A stretch of DNA of 6,858 nucleotides. It comes from Octopus sinensis (lineage: Eukaryota). The stretch lies in contig NW_021829207.1 of NCBI RefSeq assembly GCF_006345805.1, positions 1 to 6,858 on the forward strand, in the 5' to 3' direction. This document shows, one piece after another, positions 1 to 6,556 of the stretch (its first letter is position 1; every line of letters starts with the position of its first letter). A model generated the notes under the pieces. That model made no database searches and was not told where the DNA came from. It was given only the letters and a program-made list of their open reading frames with translations. The position numbers and the translations under genes were made by a program.

Positions 1-150
1 ACGTATTTCTCGCAAGGTCGGCCATTTTGGAGGAGGCGGTGAGTCGATTACATCGACCCACGTGTTTGTCTTCTACAGATTTATTTCATTGAACCCGGAC
101 AAATGAAAGCCAAGGTAGACCTCGGCGGTATTTGAACTCAGAATGTAAAC
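1..150 (-). mobile_element. Diverged tRNA-derived SINE copy (body plus 'B-type' 3' tail; head missing)
   Basis: 41-150 aligns by eye with 186-290 and 369-470 (gtcgattacatcgaccc ... atgaaagccaaggtagacctcggcggtatttgaactcagaa). A B-box-like GAGTTCAAAT reads on the - strand at ~130-139. The tail (- strand cgcctcctccaaaa) resembles 4075-4087. Confidence 0.75.
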
Positions 151-169
151 CCGGATGATATGCAAAAGA

Positions 170-536
170 ACAGACAAACGGATTAAGTCGATATATCGAC
201 CCCAGTGTGTAACTGGTACTTAATTTATCGATCCCGAAAGGATGAAAGGCAAAGTCGACCTCGGTGGAATTTGAACTCAGAACATAACGGCAGACGAAAT
301 ACCTATTTCTTTACTACCCACAAGGGACTAAACACAGAGGGGATAAACAAGGACAGACAAACGGATTAAGTGGATTACATCGATCCCAGTGCGTAACTGG
401 TACTTATTTAATCGACCCCGAAAGAATGAAAGGCAAAGTCGACCTTGGCGGAATTTGAACTCAGAACGTAACGGCAGACGAAATACGGCTACGCATTTCG
501 TCCGGCGTGCTAACGTTTCTGCCAGCTCGCCGCCTT
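170..536 (-). mobile_element. tRNA-derived SINE, tandem dimer: Pol III head, body, tail A, second body, partial tail A
   Basis: Two direct units with a period of ~183-184 bp (acagacaaacggattaag at 170 and 353; tttgaactcag at 270 and 454). The - strand begins aaggcggcgagctggcagaaacgttagc (A-box-like), then gagttcaaattcc (B box), then the core gtcgactttgcctttcatcctttcggggtcgataaattaagtaccag. It resembles abundant octopus SINEs as I recall them; the family name is not verified. Confidence 0.85.
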
Positions 537-623
537 ATACACACACACACACATATGTGACGAGACATACCATGGTTAGTTTGATTTCTGTAATTAGTTG
601 CTACTACTTCTAAGACAGCCAAT

Positions 624-755
624 TGTGCGGAGTGGTTACAGCGTGGAAAGGTCGCTTTGCAGTAAGAACACTGATTCTCTACGGTCTGAGTTCAAATTCC
701 AACCATGACCAACTTGGTCCTTCATCGTTTCGCAGTCGATAAATAGAGTGCCGTT
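624..755 (+). mobile_element. Diverged SINE copy of the same family, inverted relative to 1-536
   Basis: 680-755 (tacggtctgagttcaaattccaaccatgaccaacttggtccttcatcgtttcgcagtcgataaatagagtgccgtt) matches the reverse complement of the SINE body. An A-box-like tgcggagtggtta lies at ~626-638. Confidence 0.7.
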
Positions 756-780
756 AATGATTTGGAAAAGATTTCTGTCC

Positions 781-810
781 TTTCTTTCTTTATTTCTTTC
801 TTTCTTTCTT
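781..810. repeat. (TTTC)n microsatellite
   Basis: tttctttctttatttctttctttctttctt seen directly. Confidence 0.9.
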
Positions 811-1067
811 GTTGAAATCTGCTATGGCCAGAGTCCACTAGGTTAAAAGATGCCCAATTGACAAAAGACGTTCCTACGATTCCCTCAAAGTTTTGCTGAC
901 CATAGGCAAGGCGCTTCTTTATAGAACTTGTCCTCCTCCACACACCACGAATATGCAATATGTATAAAAGAGCGGCTCTAATGAGTTTCTGTTACGGAAT
1001 GCGTAATGAAGAAATTAAATTCCTCTTTTATAGGAAAAATGTTCAATGTTTCGAATAATAATGGAAA

Positions 1068-1596
1068 TGATGTCTATGACGACGATGATGATGACGATGA
1101 CGATGACGATGACGATGATGACGATGATGATAATGACGATGATGAAGATGATCAGAATGACTATGCGGAGGAAGAATATGAGGGTGACGATCATTACGAT
1201 AATGCTGATGATGATCCTGATGACGACGATGATGATGATAATGATGACGATAATCGTGATGATGATGATAGTGTTAATGATGATGATGATGAGGAGGAGG
1301 ATGACGATGATGATGATGACGATGATGATGACGATGATCATGACGACAACGACGACAATGATGGTGATGATAGTGATGATGATGATGATGATGATGACGA
1401 CGACGACGACGATGATAATGATGACGAAAATGATGACGGCTACAAATAAAGAAGATGATAATGATGTTGTTGATGACGGTAGCGAGGACTACAGTGTCGG
1501 CAACAGCAGCAGCAACGGCGGAGACTTCGTCGACGACGACGACGATCACTGCGGCAGCGGCGGCGTGGCGGCGGCAAAGACAACATAGTGATGACG
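1068..1596. repeat. Compound degenerate trinucleotide repeat (GAT/GAC)n grading into GAC/CAG/GGC; it produces the poly-D, poly-M, poly-I and poly-H ORFs
   Basis: About 370 bp of in-phase GAT/GAC/AAT/GAG triplets (1068-1440), followed by shorter GAC, CAG and GGC runs. Confidence 0.9.
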
Positions 1597-1719
1597 AAAA
1601 TCGAGCATAAGTTAATGCAATTAAGCTGTTTAGGGCTAATTCAATGACACAAAACGCACACTCAATATGCAACATGCATAATTACACATGTACTCGACTT
1701 GAAAAGTGCCGGCTGTGCC

Positions 1720-1866
1720 GGGTTGGTTTGGGTCTGGCGCATGTCGCTCTCTGTTGTTGCTTTTGCTGCTGCAGTACTGGGTTTGGATTGGTTTGGTCTG
1801 GTCTGGTCTGGCGTGGTGGTGGTGCTGCTGCTGCTGGGTTTGGATTAGTTAGGTCTGGGGTTGGGA
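1720..1866. repeat. Degenerate GGTYT/GGATT pentamer repeats interleaved with (TGC)n and (TGG)n
   Basis: gggtttggattggtttggtctggtctggtctgg at 1778-1811, with similar units at 1720-1737 and 1836-1865. Confidence 0.75.
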
Positions 1867-1996
1867 ACGTCGAGTCTCGTTGGAAAAGACGGTGATGCAT
1901 GCAAGTTTGGATGGAATCGCATGGCGAACGGAGAAGGTGGTATATGGAGAAACGGTGATGGGGTGTTAGTTGAGGGTGAGGCGGGTGGCAGAAATA

Positions 1997-1997
<1 letters not shown>

Positions 1998-2031
<34 letters not shown>
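1998..2031. repeat. (TG)n microsatellite
   Basis: Seen directly. Confidence 0.9.
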
Positions 2032-2360
2032 ACGTATCTGTATGTGTTGTGTACAAGAGGTAGAGATGGAGGTGGTGATGTTTGGAGGCTGCTTTCGTAA
2101 TGTTGATTGATGACGCTACGTGAGTGCCAACAATTAGCACAAGCTATGTACACAGTTCCATGCACATAAATTAATACATATACAGAAGGCAATAATAATG
2201 TAGCACACACTCAAACACACAACCATAGGTGTATATAGGTATAGATAGACACAAACATATACATGCATACACACATGCAGACACTTGACGTAAATAATCC
2301 TTCGCCGTTCATAACCACTAAGCCTCGACAGTGTTGTTTCTTCAACTTTCACTTCCTCAC

Positions 2361-2396
2361 ATACATATACGCTATATGTGTATATACGTGTATGTA

Positions 2397-2441
<45 letters not shown>

Positions 2442-2756
2442 ATATTATATATATATATATATATACATACATATATATATATATACATGCACATATATAT
2501 ATACACACATATATATAGATATATATATATATGTATATATATATATACGCACACACACACACATATATACACAGACACATACATACACATACATAATAAA
2601 TATATAAATATGTGTATGTTTATATATATATATATAAGTGTTTGTGCGAGTTTATGTATATATATACATACATATATATATTTATACATATATATGTATA
2701 TCTATATATACGTTTATATGTATTATGTAAGTGTGTGTGTATATATATATATATAC
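2361..2756. repeat. Compound (TA)n/(CA)n/(TG)n microsatellite
   Basis: Seen directly; it explains the YIYI/HTHT ORFs. Confidence 0.95.
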
Positions 2757-3070
2757 GTCCCCTACTCAATTCAGGATCACAGCAGTACACAGCAGCACAA
2801 TTTCTTCCTCAACAAGCCCTGCCCTGTATAACATTGTCCCAAAACTGATCCAAGAGGAAAAGGATCCCATCACCTTTAAACGGAATATGGACAAATTTCT
2901 TCAAGGAATACCAGACAAGCCACCAATACCTGGATACAACTCACTCAACAAGAACTCCGTACTCGAATGGACCACGATATCACAAAACTTGACTTAAAAA
3001 GGATTTAGATAATCCTATCAGGTGGTGCTATTAAGTCAGACATGCCTGGACCAATCTTTGGTCGAAACAT
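2757..3070 (+). mobile_element. 5'-truncated non-LTR retrotransposon (CR1/L2-group LINE): ORF2 C-terminal remnant plus 3' UTR
   Basis: The translation STQQHNFF /frameshift/ STSPALYNIVPKLIQEEKDPITFKRNMDKFLQGIPDKPPIPGYNSLNKNSVLEW (stop 2995-2997) fits the 'NSF..GP.LfN.LP......FK..LDKfL..IPD.P..pGY....NSl' C-terminus typical of invertebrate CR1/L2-group ORF2. A ~70 bp UTR with small hairpins follows. The clade assignment is from memory. Confidence 0.75.
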
Positions 3071-3071
3071 T

Positions 3072-3791
3072 CCCAAAAGAAACCAGAATTTTCCAGTATT
3101 ATTTTATTCGCTTAGTTTTACATGTTTATACTTTTATCGCCTTCTGAGTATTCTCCGCTTGAAGCAATGCCTCGGTCCAGACGCGTTTTCCACTGTTTGA
3201 AGCAGTACTGGCTTTTAACGCCTCCGTCAATTTTTTCTTCGCCCCTTCCACGTATTCAAATTCCGTCTTACAACACCAGTGATGACCTTCGGAAAAAAAT
3301 TCTGAATCAATTTCCAACTGTACTTTCAGTTCAGGACTCGCGTTCAGTCGTGACTGCTTTTGATCTTCCGTCAACAACCGAGGCACAAGGCTTGCTGCAA
3401 CTTTTTTAATTCGCAATTCTTCACTCAAAATTCGTTAGCAGGAGCTCCAGGACGCACCAGTCGTATCAACAAGTTCTTCAATTGTTCATTAATGGTCCCC
3501 CAAGTTCAGTTCATGAATTTTCACGATGTTTTCATTCGTTCTGGGGGTCGACGGTCGTCCTGAACGAGGTTGGTCTTCAAGCGACAAGTGACCACTCCTA
3601 AAGCATGAAAACCAGTTGTAAAATCGGCGAACAGCGGAGAAGCCTTGCAAAGCAAAGACGCACCACGTAGCAGTATGACCAGCCGGAAGAACGATGGTTG
3701 GCAGACTGATGACTGAGGGTCGCATCAAGTGGCTTCTAGCTGCGGAAGTCTGAACTACAACACGCTTGTCCCACAGAGAACGTTTCCGGTT
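3072..3791 (-). mobile_element. Mariner-like (Tc1/mariner) DNA transposon, internally deleted and decayed
   Basis: Contains the transposase remnant below. Possible terminal inverted repeat remnants are cccaaaagaaaccagaatt (3072-3090) and ttccggtt (3784-3791). The boundaries are uncertain and no clean TA target-site duplication is visible. Confidence 0.8.
3118..3640 (-). pseudogene. Mariner transposase pseudogene (Mos1/Hsmar-like) lacking the DD34D core
   Basis: The - strand reads YNWFSCFRSGHLSLEDQPRSGRPST (first HTH end and GRP AT-hook), GDH**TIEELVDTTGASWSSC*RILSEELRIKKVAASLVPRLLTEDQKQSR (second HTH and WVPHEL-like LVPRLL), then a frameshift at the A7 run 3293-3299 to KVITG (start of ITGDETW, 3289-3275). 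It then jumps to the C-terminal EFEYVEGAKKKLTEALKA /frameshift/ CFKQWKTRLDRGIASSGEYSEGDKSINM* (stop 3120-3118). Confidence 0.9.
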
Positions 3792-3805
3792 AATTATTTT
3801 ATTAT

Positions 3806-3831
3806 TAGTAGTAGTAATAGTAGTAGTAGTA
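3806..3831. repeat. (TAG)n microsatellite
   Basis: tagtagtagtaatagtagtagtagta seen directly. Confidence 0.85.
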
Positions 3832-3833
3832 TC

Positions 3834-4110
3834 AAGGTAATGAGCTGGCAGACTCGTTAGAGCTCTGGACGAAATGCTTAGCGGTATTTCTGTCCATGTT
3901 TGTCCCCTCTATGTTCAGCCCCTTGTGGGTAATAAAGAAATAGGTATTTCGCTCATCGCTACGTTCTGAGTTCAAATTCCACCGAGGTCAACTTTGCCTT
4001 TCAAATTTTCGGAGTCGTTACGTTAAATACCAGCTGAACACAGGGGAGGGGGGGTTAAGATGTAATCGAATTCTCGCCTCCCCCAAACGGATGTCATTGT
4101 TTGCAAAATT
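3834..4110 (+). mobile_element. tRNA-derived SINE of the same family: head, tail-A fragment, body, B-type tail
   Basis: The head aaggtaatgagctggcagactcgttagagctctggacgaaatgcttagcggtatttc (3834-3890) matches the reverse complement of 480-536. 3891-3950 is the reverse complement of 296-355 (54/60 by manual count). The B box gagttcaaattcc is at 3968-3980, followed by the core gtcaactttgcctttca and gatgtaatcga at 4060-4070. Confidence 0.85.
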
Positions 4111-4119
4111 TTAATCCAG

Positions 4120-4231
4120 TCTTCTCCTTCTTCTTCTTCTTCTTCTTCTTCTTCTTCTTCTTCTCTTCTTCTTCTTCTTCTTCTTCTTCTTCTTCTTCTT
4201 CTTCTTCTTCTTCTTCTTCTTCTTCTCTTCT
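4120..4231. repeat. (TTC)n microsatellite
   Basis: About 35 TTC units with occasional phase slips; it explains the poly-F/S/E/R ORFs. Confidence 0.95.
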
Positions 4232-4340
4232 CATAATAAATAAAGCAGCTATTTTTAACATTTGGCATAAAACTTGTAATTGAAGTGCGATTTGGTGTAA
4301 AATCGTTTTAAACTGATTTCACCGCCATCACGTTGTGCCA

Positions 4341-4460
4341 CTTAATCTATCGACACCGCCCACACCTGTGGGATTTGAGCAGAGAATACAGAATGGTGAA
4401 ACTAAATACTCGGCACAGACATTCATTTTAGCACTTCACCGTTTATGCCTTCTCCATGCC
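4341..4460 (-). mobile_element. Heavily decayed SINE-related fragment
   Basis: Colinear weak matches to 219-300 and 450-534: cttaatctatcgacacc ~ cttaatttatcgacccc; ggatttgagcagagaa ~ gaatttgaactcagaa; aaatac; accgtttatgcc ~ aacgtttctgcc. Confidence 0.45.
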
Positions 4461-4476
4461 ACGAATGCCTACATAC

Positions 4477-4480
4477 CTAC

Positions 4481-4531
<51 letters not shown>

Positions 4532-4573
4532 TATATAATATATATAGATATATATATAATATATTTATACATA

Positions 4574-4640
<67 letters not shown>

Positions 4641-4648
4641 TATATACA
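4477..4648. repeat. (TA)n microsatellite
   Basis: Seen directly. Confidence 0.95.
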
Positions 4649-5009
4649 TGAAAACATGTTTTGTTAGAGCATAATAGGGCTGCAATTCTCGGTGGAATGG
4701 CGGAGTAGGATGTTGTGTATGGATTTTGGTGGTTTGTTGTCGATTTTAATTGAATCTAGCAATTAATTAGTATTTATTTTATCGACTGCGGCAATGATAT
4801 TTTCATTTCATTCGTTAGGGGAATCACAAAAAATAACAAATAAAATAAATATATAAAAGAGAAAATAAGGAAAATAAGTAGAAAAACAAACGTTAGAGTT
4901 TGATAATGAAATGTGAAGGGAATAGTCTTCAGATTGTGTGCAGTGAAGAGTCAAGTGGTTTCATAACTTACTTGTAGTGGTTGCTTGGATGAGAAATAAA
5001 AGTAATGTT

Positions 5010-5462
5010 ATGTGCGTATGTATGCATATATATATATATATATAATATATATACTATATAATATATTATATATATATATATATATTTATATTATATATAT
5101 ATAATATATAATCTATATATATATATTATATAATATATATATGTATATGTATATGTATATATATGTATATATATACTATATTAATAATTGGATGTATATA
5201 ACATATATAAATATATGTTATATATATCTATATATGTACGTAAATATATACAGACATACATGTGTGTCTTTGCATGTCTCTGTGTGTGTGCATGTGTGTG
5301 TGCGTGGTGTTTGTATGTGTGTATGTGTGTCGTATATAATTTCATACATACGTATATGCCCTTTTGATATAAGTTTATTTATATATGTGAGTTTATATCT
5401 ATTTCTCTGTGTGTGTTTGTGTTTATTATATATATATATATGTGTGTGTGTGTATCTATGTA

Positions 5463-5534
<72 letters not shown>

Positions 5535-5570
5535 GTGGGTGTGTGTGTTTGTGTGTGTATTGTATGTGTC
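5010..5570. repeat. Compound (TA)n/(TG)n microsatellite region
   Basis: Seen directly. Confidence 0.9.
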
Positions 5571-5668
5571 CATAAACGTAGATACAAATATATAGGTCCT
5601 TATAGACACATACACACGCATACAGACATCATAATTATTGAGTAAAAGGAGGGAGTTATAGAGGTGAA

Positions 5669-5688
5669 AGAGAGAGATAGATAGATAT

Positions 5689-5746
<58 letters not shown>
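5669..5746. repeat. (GATA)n/(GA)n microsatellite
   Basis: Seen directly. Confidence 0.95.
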
Positions 5747-5749
<3 letters not shown>

Positions 5750-5989
5750 GGAGTTGAAGGGTAGCGGGACGGGGTATGTGGAAAACATGACACTTTTATG
5801 GCAAGGAAATATGGCTCACGTTGATATCGAGTCTTTTTAATAAGAACGTACGAGATTGTTCATACATATACGTACAGGCACATGTATATACTCATGCACC
5901 AGTACACACAGACATATACACACATACTAATATATGTATGGATACATAAACATTTACTCACAGTCATATAAGTTTACATACATACATAC

Positions 5990-6156
5990 GTCTTCCCTTC
6001 TCTGGATCTTTCCTTCTCCTACGTTTCTGACGAAGAGCTCCGCTCGAAACGTAAAGCCCTCCTTCTTCCCTTCCTTCCTGAGCGTCCAATAATACTATAT
6101 TTGTTCCACGTCCTCGTGTTGTTGTGCTTTCTCTTTGTGTTTTCATGCTTGGATTA

Positions 6157-6160
<4 letters not shown>
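5990..6160 (+). mobile_element. Putative Penelope-like element terminal-repeat remnant carrying a hammerhead motif
   Basis: A ~170 bp pyrimidine-rich island between CATA and TA microsatellites that contains the hammerhead motif at 6023-6057 and runs directly into (TA)n. The PLE assignment is inferred from the ribozyme type; no RT or GIY-YIG sequence is visible. Confidence 0.55.
6023..6057 (+). ncRNA. Minimal type I hammerhead ribozyme motif
   Basis: GUUU (6023-26, helix I 5'), CUGACGA (6027-33), extra A (6034), GAGC-ucc-GCUC (helix II, 6035-45), GAAA (6046-49), CG, UA (6052-53, GUA cleavage triplet), AAGC (6054-57, helix I 3'). Helix III is reduced to the palindrome ACGU. Confidence 0.7.
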
Positions 6161-6198
<38 letters not shown>

Positions 6199-6208
6199 AA
6201 TATATATG

Positions 6209-6271
<63 letters not shown>

Positions 6272-6423
6272 GTATATATAAATAATATATATACATATGT
6301 ATATGCATGAATGTATGTATGTATATATGTATGAATGTATGCATGCATGTATGTATGTATGTATGTATGTATGTATGTATGTGTGTATGTATGTGATACC
6401 TACATATATATATAAGCACTTGT

Positions 6424-6462
<39 letters not shown>

Positions 6463-6472
6463 ATATATATAT

Positions 6473-6514
<42 letters not shown>

Positions 6515-6556
6515 CAGGCTCACACGCACACACACATATATATATATAGATAGATA
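6160..6556. repeat. Compound (TA)n/(TATG)n/(CA)n microsatellite
   Basis: Seen directly. Confidence 0.95.

Noticed and set aside
41-480. Three similar blocks considered as a CRISPR array
   Set aside because: The units are 139-184 bp with homologous rather than unique interiors, carry Pol III boxes, and sit in a eukaryotic context with no cas genes.
440-536. Possible tRNA gene
   Set aside because: A/B-box-like motifs are present, but I could not build a cloverleaf, and the sequence continues into a dispersed repeat body, so it is a SINE head.
389-613. 74-aa ORF
   Set aside because: It is an antisense reading of the SINE plus a CA repeat, with a GTG start.
722-958. 78-aa minus-strand ORF with IKKRLAYGQQNF, faintly like an RTE-clade RT segment
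   Set aside because: The similarity is too short to support, and the ORF runs into a TTTC repeat and a SINE. BLASTx would be needed.
1015-1675. Poly-Ile, poly-Met and poly-His ORFs
   Set aside because: They are alternative frames of the (GAT/GAC)n repeat.
2134-2848. YIYI/HTHT/VCVC ORFs here and at 4335-4685, 5141-5788 and 5964-6611
   Set aside because: They are translations of dinucleotide microsatellites that lack stop codons.
3040-3070. Hairpin plus GAAAC as a third hammerhead
   Set aside because: There is no CUGANGA upstream of the hairpin (it reads catgcctg).
3122-3563. Plus-strand ORFs 3122-3409 and 3360-3563
   Set aside because: They are antisense shadows of the mariner transposase remnant.
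3706-3712. CTGATGA motif, also present inside the GAT repeat at ~1205 and ~1217
   Set aside because: No helix II followed by GAAA lies downstream.
4023-4283. Poly-R/E and poly-F/S ORFs
   Set aside because: They are artefacts of the (TTC)n tract.
4768-4800. tagtatttatttttatcgactgcggcaatgat, resembling the SINE core
   Set aside because: Too short and too AT-rich to call.
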